A stretch of DNA of 64,000 nt, taken from the IMG/VR virus record IMGVR_UViG_2576861193_000004, positions 1-64,000 of that record. One strand, given 5' to 3'. Of the stretch, positions 55,222-64,000 are shown one piece after another. The position numbers and the translations under genes are program-made. The notes below the pieces were generated by a model that worked only from the letters and a program-made list of their open reading frames with translations, was not told the DNA's origin and made no database searches. Every line of letters starts with the position of its first letter. The first letter of the stretch is position 1. This DNA comes from a virus (Duplodnaviria; Heunggongvirae; Uroviricota; Caudoviricetes).

Positions 55222-56796
55222 TCACTCGTTCTCTTGAGTAGATGAGTCCCCATTCCCTCGGGGTTGATCTTGCCCGCTTTCTTGGGCCGCACCACGATCA
55301 TAAGTAAGTACTGACTTATTTTCAAGGGTATTTAGATCATTTTTTGGAGGAAAATTCAAGAGATCTTTATCAAATTCCTTTTTCATCGCCTCAGTAATGT
55401 TCGGGAAAATCTTCTCAATAAGCATTTCCATCTGGTGACGACGTACAGAGTCCGGTGCCTGAAGTAATGACAGTTTCTCGGCAACAGAAAATTCATCAGT
55501 AAGGCCACGAATATCGAAACTTTCTGGATACGCAATTAAAGAGTGGTCTTCGTCCAGATCTACCCCCATCCATTTCGCAACCAGTAGCATGATTTGGCGT
55601 TCAGCCCTTTCCAGACGCTCTGCTTTTGTGACAAGCAAGCTATTTACACGCTGGAAGTCATACATTTTTGCGGCACCAGATGAATTATCGATTCCCTGTG
55701 CGTTGTCCTGCTTCGTTCGCTCACCAGCTACACCAACTGAATGGTAGATTTCGTTAATCACCGTCTTAATCGTAGTGATGATCATCTGAGCTTGTTTCGG
55801 GTCTGGTGACAGATAAAACGGCTGGTTTCCACCTTCAGAATCGTAGGTGAAGACTCGCTTTGTGCCCATTTCAAGCACTTTAGTGTGGTTTTCATCACCA
55901 GGTAAAAGCGACTGTACCGGTATAGCCAACTGGCTAAATGTCTGATCCTGAATAATGGCATCAAGGTTTGACAGATAGTTTGCAACCGCACGATCAAGAT
56001 AAGCAATATCATCGATCAACGATGGGCTGAAATACGGTGATTCACTTTCTCCAATACAATCAACAGGAAACACAGGAACTACGCCGAGATTATGCGCGCC
56101 GCTGTCCTCTAAAATAACTTTTGCCTGACGACGACCTGCTCCACCAGCCCCCTTCTTCACTTCCTCACGGAACAGATACCACTCGTTTTGTGTCCACAGA
56201 CGATAACGTTGGTATTCCTGACCTGTAGAAGTAAAAGGATCTGCGTCATCGCGAGCGACTTCCACAATTAACGCCCATAACATATTCCCGTCGTCGTCCC
56301 ATGCCACATCCAGCATTTGCTGAGGTGAAATCCAGTAGGCGTAGGCGCGAGCATCTTTCTTTTTCTCGTCAGCTACTGACTCAACATCACCACTCATCGT
56401 GCTATCGACAACAACCCATATGCGACCGTAAATAGACGACTGCAAATCAATAGCGGCCATAAATGAGTCAATAGAGGCATTCTGGCGAGTCGCACGTTTC
56501 CAGAAATTGCGGATCTGCTCTGGTGCCTCTTCGATATTTCTATGAATGTCTTCTTTAAAGAGATATTTGTTGATGAGGTTTACCACCTCACGAGTGTGGT
56601 TGAAGCGATAAGCACGCTCAACTCGCTCCTTAAACTCCTGATCTCCCTCTTTAAAGTAACGAAAGATATTGTCTGTAAACCAACCACGCCCGCCAGCGTA
56701 AGTGCTGGCGAGGAAGTCCCAATGTTCTTTTTTCTTTTCGTATTCCGGGTGGCGTCGCGCCACCAGATCCTTAATTTGTTTGTCGTTCAATTCCAT
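55222..56796 (-). CDS. portal protein
   Basis: 524 aa immediately downstream of the large terminase gene; acidic C-terminus. Confidence 0.7.
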   Translation of the reverse strand: MELNDKQIKDLVARRHPEYEKKKEHWDFLASTYAGGRGWFTDNIFRYFKEGDQEFKERVERAYRFNHTREVVNLINKYLFKEDIHRNIEEAPEQIRNFWKRATRQNASIDSFMAAIDLQSSIYGRIWVVVDSTMSGDVESVADEKKKDARAYAYWISPQQMLDVAWDDDGNMLWALIVEVARDDADPFTSTGQEYQRYRLWTQNEWYLFREEVKKGAGGAGRRQAKVILEDSGAHNLGVVPVFPVDCIGESESPYFSPSLIDDIAYLDRAVANYLSNLDAIIQDQTFSQLAIPVQSLLPGDENHTKVLEMGTKRVFTYDSEGGNQPFYLSPDPKQAQMIITTIKTVINEIYHSVGVAGERTKQDNAQGIDNSSGAAKMYDFQRVNSLLVTKAERLERAERQIMLLVAKWMGVDLDEDHSLIAYPESFDIRGLTDEFSVAEKLSLLQAPDSVRRHQMEMLIEKIFPNITEAMKKEFDKDLLNFPPKNDLNTLENKSVLTYDRGAAQESGQDQPRGNGDSSTQENE

Positions 56797-56822
56797 TTGA
56801 ATAACCTTAGATAATTACTTAC

Positions 56823-58079
56823 CTATCTAGAACCACCAAGAATAACACGGTTTTTGACTGGATACCTACGATGTACTGGATAGCCCAATGCGTCTGCACT
56901 ATGCTCAATGCCACCTGTCTTATCCATATCTCGTGTTCCAGGCTTGTAGATGACTTTTTCCAATGAATCAATCAAATGCTTGCACTTCGGATCGATATAC
57001 AGCCGGATATCTCCAGATGCGGTCATCAGCATTCGGTTAACAGCATTAACACGATCCGCAATTGGCGGGTGCTTTTTCGAATAATCGACACGTAAGAATC
57101 CCTTCTCTTTGAATATGTCGACGTCAGACTCCCCGCGAGCATGTTGGCGATAAGCACCTGCCGGATCTGGAAATACCGTTATCTGTGATTTCCAGCGCCA
57201 GAAGCGTCTCTCAAGCTCATCACAAACCTCTGCCGTGTTAGAGGAAAAGAGCACCAATTCATCAATTGCCCATAGCTCACCATTTGGCTGAGGTTGCAAA
57301 ATTACTGAAGACATCGGGTCAATGTTGAAGTCCTGCCCTACCCATATAGGCAACCGAGGGTTGAACTGAAGCGGTTTTACATGCACGTTACGATCGAACG
57401 GGTAGTAAACGCGCCCGGACATGTTCTCAAAGCTCGCCAGGTACTCCTGAGCGAACGATTTCGGGTCCATATCGTTCTTAGCAGCTTCAATTTCCGCCGT
57501 AGGCACAAACGGAGAATCGGCAGTTACAAACTGCCAGCTCTTCCACTGTCCCTTTCTTTGCAGCTCTACGTTCTGGCCTATAGTCCACAGTTTGTGAAAT
57601 TCCGAGAAGCCTTTTGGCGTACCAATGATCAGTGCACCGCCGCGTGTCGATGAAAGAGTAGGTCGTAACACCTTGTACCAGGTGTCAGCCTTCATATCCT
57701 GAAATTCATCAAGCACTACAAAATGCAACGCTACGCCGCGCAGAGTGTCAGGCTTATCAGCACCTTTGAGGGCGATCTCCGAACCGTTCTTCAACACGAT
57801 TGTCATCGTGGTGTCGTTCTTTTTCCTAACCCACTTACGAGGCAGAACTTCCTGTAGATCGTCCCACAAAATCTGGCGAGCCATCTGGTAAGTAGGAGCG
57901 ACATACCAGACCCTTTGCTTTTTTTCCTTTGCCGCCGCACGAATAATAGTGGAGATCGACAACCGGGATTTTCCCCAGCGTCGACCAGCACAAACAACTT
58001 TAAATCGATGCGGAGACTGGAAGACTTTCATCTGTCCAGAATGCAGTTGCACAAGACTGAGCGAGGACGGGATTGCCAT
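56823..58079 (-). CDS. terL: terminase large subunit
   Basis: Walker A VCAGRRWGKS, Walker B VVLDEFQ, C-terminal nuclease-like region with conserved acidic residues; 418 aa. Confidence 0.9.
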   Translation of the reverse strand: MAIPSSLSLVQLHSGQMKVFQSPHRFKVVCAGRRWGKSRLSISTIIRAAAKEKKQRVWYVAPTYQMARQILWDDLQEVLPRKWVRKKNDTTMTIVLKNGSEIALKGADKPDTLRGVALHFVVLDEFQDMKADTWYKVLRPTLSSTRGGALIIGTPKGFSEFHKLWTIGQNVELQRKGQWKSWQFVTADSPFVPTAEIEAAKNDMDPKSFAQEYLASFENMSGRVYYPFDRNVHVKPLQFNPRLPIWVGQDFNIDPMSSVILQPQPNGELWAIDELVLFSSNTAEVCDELERRFWRWKSQITVFPDPAGAYRQHARGESDVDIFKEKGFLRVDYSKKHPPIADRVNAVNRMLMTASGDIRLYIDPKCKHLIDSLEKVIYKPGTRDMDKTGGIEHSADALGYPVHRRYPVKNRVILGGSR

Positions 58080-58711
58080 TATTCGTCCTCCCCTTCACTT
58101 CCATCATCTGTCGCATCAAATTCGCTTAGAGCTTCTTCTTCCAACGTCTCAAGCAATTCGTCATCGATGATTTCAGGCTCGTCGTCTTCCTGACGTAATT
58201 TCGCCACCTGGGAAGGCGTAAGCTCACCAAATACCAGGTTCGGAATTTCTTCCTCGTCATTTTCCGCATGATCCATGCCCAATGCTTTGGACGAAACTTC
58301 AAAGCATTTTGCAAGGGTATTACTGGCTCTCTGTAAGCTCTTGAGAGAATCCTCAATCGCCCCTAAAGGCCTACCCTCACGTTTGGCCGTAGTGACTTCG
58401 ACCATCACCATCTGCCCCAACGCATACGCCCAGCCGTCATAACGTGTACGACGTTCTTCTATCTTTTCCGCACGGGCTTTAGCGCGAAGCTCTGCGTCAG
58501 ATTTAAGAGACTCACGAACCATCTTCCCAACAGAGTCCGCGCCTTTCTCTAATCCTCGCTTTTTGAAATGTCTGGAGAGTGTTTCACGACGAATGCCGTA
58601 CTCTTCCTCCAGCTTTGAGAGTGTATATTCGCCTGACGTCCATTTGGCTTCAGCTTCGGCCCACTCCGCTGGTGTCAGGCGAGTTTTTACCTCGTCTTTT
58701 TCGACCGTCAT
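58079..58711 (-). CDS. terS: terminase small subunit (putative)
   Basis: 210 aa, N-terminal HTH-like region and very acidic C-terminus; stop overlaps the terL start. Confidence 0.6.
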   Translation of the reverse strand: MTVEKDEVKTRLTPAEWAEAEAKWTSGEYTLSKLEEEYGIRRETLSRHFKKRGLEKGADSVGKMVRESLKSDAELRAKARAEKIEERRTRYDGWAYALGQMVMVEVTTAKREGRPLGAIEDSLKSLQRASNTLAKCFEVSSKALGMDHAENDEEEIPNLVFGELTPSQVAKLRQEDDEPEIIDDELLETLEEEALSEFDATDDGSEGEDE

Positions 58712-58828
58712 AGATCCCTCTAAAACACACAGAGCGCGTCCATGCGCTCTAAAACAACTTGTTTACTGCATCTGCTAACCAACTTGTTTTCTGGGGTGTT
58801 TAATTAGGTCTGGGCATGTCTTATTAAG

Positions 58829-58883
58829 CCTGCTTCCGTATATATTTAATAAGTTACTTATTATTTATATATACAGAAGCAGG
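58829..58883. repeat. 55-bp imperfect palindrome, copy B (identical to 26880..26934)
   Basis: Exact 55/55 match on the same strand; nested inside a larger inverted repeat (GGTCTGGG ... CCCAGACC); 118..172 nt upstream of the terS start. Confidence 0.9.
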
Positions 58884-58907
58884 TCTTTAAATAAGCTCCC
58901 AGACCGA

Positions 58908-59174
58908 TTACATCACCAGTAACTTCGCTTTGGCTCGACCTAAAGTGGTTAACCCAAGAGTTCGGCGGTGATAGCGATTGTCACTGCGTTGGCGCGTATG
59001 CCCTTTCTCCACCAGCCCCTTTTTTATCAGAGCGCGAATTGAGAACTGGATACTTTGCTTGGTTGTCTTGTACGGCAAAACTTCAAGCAATTCGTCCAGA
59101 TCAAGTAAATGACCTCGCTCATAACCGAGATTGAGCGTTTTGATGATGTCCTTTTGTTTATCGGTTAACGTCAT
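58908..59174 (-). CDS. winged-helix DNA-binding protein
   Basis: 88 aa with segment KQSIQFSIRALIKKGLVEK; AAGGA Shine-Dalgarno overlapping the upstream stop (coupled). Confidence 0.5.
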   Translation of the reverse strand: MTLTDKQKDIIKTLNLGYERGHLLDLDELLEVLPYKTTKQSIQFSIRALIKKGLVEKGHTRQRSDNRYHRRTLGLTTLGRAKAKLLVM

Positions 59175-59183
59175 GGCAAATCC

Positions 59184-60074
59184 TTATGCCGGTAAAGCAA
59201 TTTCTAACGGTTTATCCAAAGGTTGTTTGTCGAATGCCAGCAGTGGCAGCGTGTCAGGCAGTCGACGACCAAAGTCAGGGTTTCGGTACACACCATACAA
59301 CGGAGACGTAAAGCTCAGGTTGTGAATGTCCTTGAGCAGCTTCACAATGCTGGCCTCGTCCACCAGACTGTCGGCAATGTCCTGAATCGTCGTGCCACGA
59401 TTCCGCCCAGCTTTTGCCAGGGAACTGTTCTTGTGGTAGTCCGCCACCAGATCACGCAGTGCACGGCGACGACGAGACTCGCTCATTGCGAACAACTCTT
59501 TGACGATCGCCTCGTTATCACCAGGGTCGGAACGGAAATGGCGCTGGAATACACGCAGTGCACTTTCATAGCTCTTCGGTCGCTCAGGGCGGATGAACTT
59601 AAACCCTGCTTTCATGGCGAAGGGATTGTATTTGCTCATCGAGGACTGGATCTCAATGATTGGCCGGTCATGCATCCTGCTAACCAGGTTAATCATTCGA
59701 TAAGAGACGCCTACGCCACGATACTGAGTATCCACAACTGAGCGACTGATCACCGCAAAGTTGTTATTCACGTACCGACCCCAGTACTGGTTAGCCACGG
59801 TGGTATTAGTGGTTGGTTTCAACTTAGGAAACATGCGGTGGCGAGGTGCCAGCAGTAGTTTCGGGTAAGCCATAACCACGACGCCCACCAGACGGTCATC
59901 AAGTTCGCAGCGATAGTAAGTTGGCGCGAAAGGTTTGCCGTCTGTTTTGTAGTGAAGCGACTTAAGAGCGTGCCAGTCCTCTACAGTTCCCTTTGTGACA
60001 GTCATTCGCTCCAGAAAGTCCAGATGACGCGGAAACTCTTCAGGGCGGTAGCGTTTAATGATGATGTCCGTCAT
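59184..60074 (-). CDS. GNAT-fold acetyltransferase domain protein with C-terminal extension
   Basis: GNAT motif A-like VVDTQYRGVGVSYRMINLV and YNPFAMKAGFKF; 296 aa; start overlaps the ABC ATPase stop by 4 nt. Confidence 0.6.
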   Translation of the reverse strand: MTDIIIKRYRPEEFPRHLDFLERMTVTKGTVEDWHALKSLHYKTDGKPFAPTYYRCELDDRLVGVVVMAYPKLLLAPRHRMFPKLKPTTNTTVANQYWGRYVNNNFAVISRSVVDTQYRGVGVSYRMINLVSRMHDRPIIEIQSSMSKYNPFAMKAGFKFIRPERPKSYESALRVFQRHFRSDPGDNEAIVKELFAMSESRRRRALRDLVADYHKNSSLAKAGRNRGTTIQDIADSLVDEASIVKLLKDIHNLSFTSPLYGVYRNPDFGRRLPDTLPLLAFDKQPLDKPLEIALPA

Positions 60075-60736
60075 AAATGAACCTCATCATGACTACCATT
60101 GTGATATTCCACCTTCACGCGTTCTTTGTAGTGCTTGGTGATCTGCATATCCGGGCGCAGCGCGTTCTTCAGGTCTTCGTGAGTCGTCGCCACCATTACC
60201 GTCGCACCAACCTTTCGAGCGGCACGCTGGAGGTTAGATGCCACAACCTGAGCGGTTACACGGTCTAGAACAGCACCGAACTCGTCAGCAGCCCACACTT
60301 TAGCGCCTGACTCAATCAGTTTGGCAATCTTGAGACGATATTTCTGACCGTCTGACATTTCAGAAGGCTTGCGAACAAACAGATATGCATCGTTCAGACC
60401 AGCCATAGATAACAACCCAAGCGCATCGCTGGTCGTTTTGCCCAACTGATCGATGACGTTAACCTCATTATCGAAGGTAAAATCATCGATGGAGGCTACA
60501 GACAGCCCTTCATCCTTCATCTGTCGTTGCAACTCGCGCAGCACAACGGATTTGCCGGAACCGGATTGGCCGGTGATGTACACCACATCGCCCTGCTTCA
60601 CTTCCAGCTCCAGATTGTCGTAAAGCGTCCACTCTTTTTCGTCCAGGCCAAGCCCGAACGACTCAGCGATTTCCAACGTGCGCGTGGTTTTATTTACGCG
60701 TGTCTGAAACGATACGTTGATGATGTATTTGCTCAT
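60071..60736 (-). CDS. single-cassette ABC-type ATPase (no transmembrane partner)
   Basis: Walker A GQSGSGKS, signature-like MSDGQKYRLKIAKL, Walker B VWAADEF, H-loop ATTHED; 221 aa. Confidence 0.75.
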   Translation of the reverse strand: MSKYIINVSFQTRVNKTTRTLEIAESFGLGLDEKEWTLYDNLELEVKQGDVVYITGQSGSGKSVVLRELQRQMKDEGLSVASIDDFTFDNEVNVIDQLGKTTSDALGLLSMAGLNDAYLFVRKPSEMSDGQKYRLKIAKLIESGAKVWAADEFGAVLDRVTAQVVASNLQRAARKVGATVMVATTHEDLKNALRPDMQITKHYKERVKVEYHNGSHDEVHL

Positions 60737-61401
60737 GCAGCCATCTCCCCGGAAGAGATCTTCTCCGCATATGCCACAAATGCGTCTACACCGCTTTCTC
60801 CCGTCATTTCTTCCATATGGGCAAGCAAATCACCAACAACAATGGCAGAGCCAGCAGGGAGCGTTTTAAAGCCCAATACGTCGACAACACGTACTTCTTC
60901 CGCTGCAACTTCATGACTGATCTCGGTGTGTTCATCCTTCTGTCGTTTAGTTTCTTCGCCAAGATCGATAACTAGCGAGTCGGTGTCCATTTCTTCTGTC
61001 ATGCTGCCAACGAGAACATTCAACTCACGCTCTTCAAAGCCGAAAACCTCGATATCGTCCAGAACAAGCGACTCAAGCTCTTTCTGTAGCTTAATTGCAT
61101 CGTAATCAATGCTGGCAAGTCGGTTATCTTCAAGACGCTTCGCACGAACCTCGTCATCACTGAGATCATCGCGAACAATAACCGGTACGCGCTCAAGTCC
61201 AGCAAAAATTGCAGCCTCACGGCGGCCGTGGCCAGTAATAATTACGTCGTTCTTATCGACCGTAATTGGCTGGTCAAATCCGCGCTTTTTAATGGCTGCG
61301 GCCAGATCTCGGATCTGCTGTTCATCATGCTTTTTGGCATTCATCTCATAGGGAATAAGATCTGCCGGGTCGCGATATACGATTTCAAACTTTTTGGTCA
61401 T
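60733..61401 (-). CDS. ParB/Srx-fold N-terminal domain protein (ParB-like nuclease domain) 1
   Basis: Pattern LIPYEMNAKKHDEQQIRDLAAAIKKRGFDQPITVDKNDVIITGHGRREAAIFAGLERVPV; start ATG overlaps the upstream stop (TAATG). Confidence 0.75.
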   Translation of the reverse strand: MTKKFEIVYRDPADLIPYEMNAKKHDEQQIRDLAAAIKKRGFDQPITVDKNDVIITGHGRREAAIFAGLERVPVIVRDDLSDDEVRAKRLEDNRLASIDYDAIKLQKELESLVLDDIEVFGFEERELNVLVGSMTEEMDTDSLVIDLGEETKRQKDEHTEISHEVAAEEVRVVDVLGFKTLPAGSAIVVGDLLAHMEEMTGESGVDAFVAYAEKISSGEMAA

Positions 61402-62081
61402 TACATACGCTCCTTGTAGTAGTCGACCAGCCACACCAGAGCCTCACCAGCGTTTTCCATTTCATTGCCAGTATTAATTGCCTGGTCTTTGATGATGTTT
61501 TTTATGGTTTCTGCAACGCGATCTGACGCATCGAAAGTTACTTTGAAGCGCATGGTCTGATGTTCCGCACCGACACGTTCGGTTTTCTCTCGTTTGTCGG
61601 TATCGACAGGCTCATCACTACCACGAGACAACGCCTCCAGTGCTTCAAGGTCGATTGCCGCCTCTTTTGCTAAAACCATCGAGATTTCGTCGTCATACGG
61701 GGCGATTTCAGACAGTTGATAGTCAAGTTCTGACTGAATTTCTTCAATGAAGCGCTGCAATGCGATTTGGTCGTCTTCACCGTATCGCTCGTTGTCCACC
61801 AGTGACATCTGTTTAGCTACGACATCGCTAATTTTGCCCACAGAAAGCACCGGAACCGTTGAAATTCCTTGCTCAATAGCAGCACGCCAGCGATGTTCGC
61901 CGCCGAGGATTTCAAAAAATCCATCTTCAAGTTCACGAGCCAAAATTGGCTTAAAAAAGCCCAATTTTTCGATAGAACCTTTCAGTTTTTCAAAATTCTG
62001 CGCACCAACCGAATTGGTGTTCCAGGTATTCGGGCGAAGGTTGGCAACATCAACCTGCAAAATCGTGATTTTTACATCCAT
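61401..62081 (-). CDS. ParB/Srx-fold N-terminal domain protein (ParB-like nuclease domain) 2
   Basis: Pattern LRPNTWNTN...KLKGSIEKLGFFKPILAREL..GFFEILGGEHRWRAAIEQGISTVPV; start set to ATG 62081 (track start 62099 is GTG). Confidence 0.7.
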   Translation of the reverse strand: MDVKITILQVDVANLRPNTWNTNSVGAQNFEKLKGSIEKLGFFKPILARELEDGFFEILGGEHRWRAAIEQGISTVPVLSVGKISDVVAKQMSLVDNERYGEDDQIALQRFIEEIQSELDYQLSEIAPYDDEISMVLAKEAAIDLEALEALSRGSDEPVDTDKREKTERVGAEHQTMRFKVTFDASDRVAETIKNIIKDQAINTGNEMENAGEALVWLVDYYKERM

Positions 62082-62163
62082 TTTATTGCTACAATCCACT
62101 ATGTAATCACTTACTTATTATAATAGCCAAATAACATACAAAAGGCACTAAGGAAAGAGGTTT

Positions 62164-63723
62164 ATGACTGTTCGGATTGTATCTAACGCAGTAAATGCAC
62201 TTATTTCTGGCGCAGATGACAAGGTAAAGCAACTGGTGCAACAGATGTTGAGCTACGAAGTCGAGACTGGCGACTGGAAGGGCACAAGCACGATGTTCAA
62301 CTGGAGTAAAAACTCGTTCCCTGCTGGCTTTGCCAAGCCTGTAGCGGCGAACTTGAACAAGGCGGGCATCAAATGTGTTCATATCCGCAAAGACAAAGCC
62401 CCGGCGCTTGGAAAGCCAAATCCGGCGGTCAACCCATTCCCATACAATCCTGATTATGCATATCAGGATCAGACTGTGGAAACACTGGTTCGAGAGGGAA
62501 TGATGATTGCGCAGATCGCTACTGGTGGCGGGAAATCTAATGTTGCCTGCAAAGCAGCTGCACGTATCGGTCGAATGACATTATTTTTAACAACCCGCTC
62601 TGTTCTGATGTTTCAGATGGCCGAAAACTTCCAGAGATCCATCGACTACCGCGCCGAAAATGGCGAACCGTGGTTAAAAGACCAAAAGGTTGGAGTCATT
62701 GGCTCGGGTGAGTTCCAGGTATCACGACATATCAACGTCGCTACAGTTCAAACTCTGGCAAGTTTCCTTGAAGAACCACCACGCGATGCAACTCCAGATA
62801 AGAAGAGCTACCACCTCAAACGTCGGGACTTGGTGAAACGCTTCCTTTCAAGTGTGTCTCTTCTTATTCTGGAAGAGGCGCATGAGTCTTCAGGCTCTAA
62901 TTTCTATGACATCGCCAGATTATGTGCGAACGCAGACTATCGCCTGGCGCTTACGGCAACGCCGTTCATGAAGGATTCTACGGAAGCCAACATGCGTCTG
63001 ATGGCAGTGGCCGGGCGAATTGAAATAAAAGTCACGGAAAAGTATCTGATTGATAGAGGCATTCTGGCAAAGCCATACTTCCTTTATCATAAAGTTGCCT
63101 ACAAGCCGGACGAGGCCAGAATCAAGGCAGAACTTGCCAACAAACACCTCAATTTTAGAGTAGGTATGAGCACTGCCTACCAAAAGGCTTATCAGTTGGG
63201 GATCGTGTATAATTTGGGACGTAATGAGGCCATTGTTCGCGAAGCATTGCTCTATAAGCAACATTCTCTCAATTGTATGACTCTGGTTCGTCTTAAACGC
63301 CACGGGCAAATCCTGATGGAAATGATGAAAGAGTCCGGCCTTAGAGTTGACTTCATTTATGGGGAATCGAACCAGTCGACAAGGCAAGCAAAGCTGAACA
63401 GTTTAGCGTCTGGCGACATAGATGTTTTAATAGGCTCGACTATTCTGGATGTCGGTGTTGATGTGCCAAACGTTGGTGCGGTCATTCTTGCTGGTGGTGG
63501 GAAAGCAGAAGTTGAAATGAGACAACGTGTCGGTCGTGGCTTACGAGCCAAGAAGAATCAGGCAAACGTGTGTTTTGTCACTGATTTCATTGACATTAGC
63601 AACAAATACCTGTTGTCTCACTCTTATGAGCGAAAACACATCATCGACACCACACCTGGCTTTGCAGAAGGTGTATTGCCTGTTGATGGCGCATTCGATT
63701 TTGGAGTTCTGAAACGAGATTAG
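62164..63723 (+). CDS. SF2 DEAD/DEAH-box DNA helicase (UvsW-like candidate)
   Basis: Motif I ATGGGKS, motif II LEEAHE, motif III TATP, motif VI RQRVGRGLR; 519 aa; transcribed divergently from the ParB operon. Confidence 0.85.
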   Translation: MTVRIVSNAVNALISGADDKVKQLVQQMLSYEVETGDWKGTSTMFNWSKNSFPAGFAKPVAANLNKAGIKCVHIRKDKAPALGKPNPAVNPFPYNPDYAYQDQTVETLVREGMMIAQIATGGGKSNVACKAAARIGRMTLFLTTRSVLMFQMAENFQRSIDYRAENGEPWLKDQKVGVIGSGEFQVSRHINVATVQTLASFLEEPPRDATPDKKSYHLKRRDLVKRFLSSVSLLILEEAHESSGSNFYDIARLCANADYRLALTATPFMKDSTEANMRLMAVAGRIEIKVTEKYLIDRGILAKPYFLYHKVAYKPDEARIKAELANKHLNFRVGMSTAYQKAYQLGIVYNLGRNEAIVREALLYKQHSLNCMTLVRLKRHGQILMEMMKESGLRVDFIYGESNQSTRQAKLNSLASGDIDVLIGSTILDVGVDVPNVGAVILAGGGKAEVEMRQRVGRGLRAKKNQANVCFVTDFIDISNKYLLSHSYERKHIIDTTPGFAEGVLPVDGAFDFGVLKRD

Positions 63724-63725
63724 TT

Positions 63726-64000
63726 ATGAGCGAAAAGAAAACAACTTATTGCCAAGTGGCATTGTCTGATAAGGCCAATGAAAAACTTGGAAAATTTCAA
63801 ATAAAACTCAAAGAGAAAAAAATCAAGATGTCTAAGGCTGAAGTTATCAATGCCATTCTGGAGACGATGACTATGGCTGAATTTGACAAAGTCACATCTG
63901 CCGTTGGGGTTTCCGCTAAGACGCGTGAGAAAATCATGCGCATCTATGAGAACTCCAATATGACAAAAAAAGATCTAGAGGAAATACTGAGCAGGTTGCC
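63726..64000 (+). CDS. hypothetical protein, 3' truncated by window end
   Basis: ATG at 63726 three nt after the helicase stop; open to the end of the window (MSEKKTTYCQVALSDKANEKLGKFQ...). Confidence 0.4.
   Translation, partial: MSEKKTTYCQVALSDKANEKLGKFQIKLKEKKIKMSKAEVINAILETMTMAEFDKVTSAVGVSAKTREKIMRIYENSNMTKKDLEEILSRL

Noticed and set aside
1-64000. CRISPR array or diversity-generating retroelement
   Set aside because: No regularly spaced short direct repeats with unique spacers were seen and no reverse transcriptase ORF is present; the tandem repeats found lie inside fiber genes and encode protein repeats.

Overview
This 64 kb window reads as a near-continuous segment of a tailed-phage genome (siphovirus type, lambda-like tail module) with hallmarks of a temperate or plasmid-like lifestyle; the host is probably an enterobacterium, judging by a cspA-family gene with a conserved leader. 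All calls are from reading the six-frame translations and the DNA by eye; no database search or folding program was run. From left to right: a moron-like membrane protein and an IS3-family transposase remnant; a T4-style recombination set (RecA/UvsX-like recombinase interrupted by a 422-aa LAGLIDADG intein in the P-loop, flap endonuclease, gp32-like SSB, possible UvsY-like protein); a moron island (small protein with its own sigma70 promoter and terminator, HTH protein, cold-shock gene); DnaE-type polymerase; CobS/CobT-like AAA+/VWA pair; XRE regulator plus tyrosine recombinase; glutaredoxin; four tRNAs (Ser, Thr, Tyr, Asn) with conserved stem-loops between them; ATP-dependent ligase, primase, DnaB helicase; an accessory island (GIY-YIG nuclease, ParA/ParG-like partition pair, DUF1778/GNAT toxin-antitoxin); a lysis cassette; a complete lambda-like tail and head module through terminase; then a translationally coupled five-gene operon (two ParB-like proteins, a single-cassette ABC ATPase, a GNAT protein, a winged-helix protein) and a divergent SF2 helicase. 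The most interesting unexplained signals are that five-gene operon, an identical 55-bp palindromic element present twice at the same distance upstream of the replication and packaging operons, and a recurrent intergenic palindromic motif.
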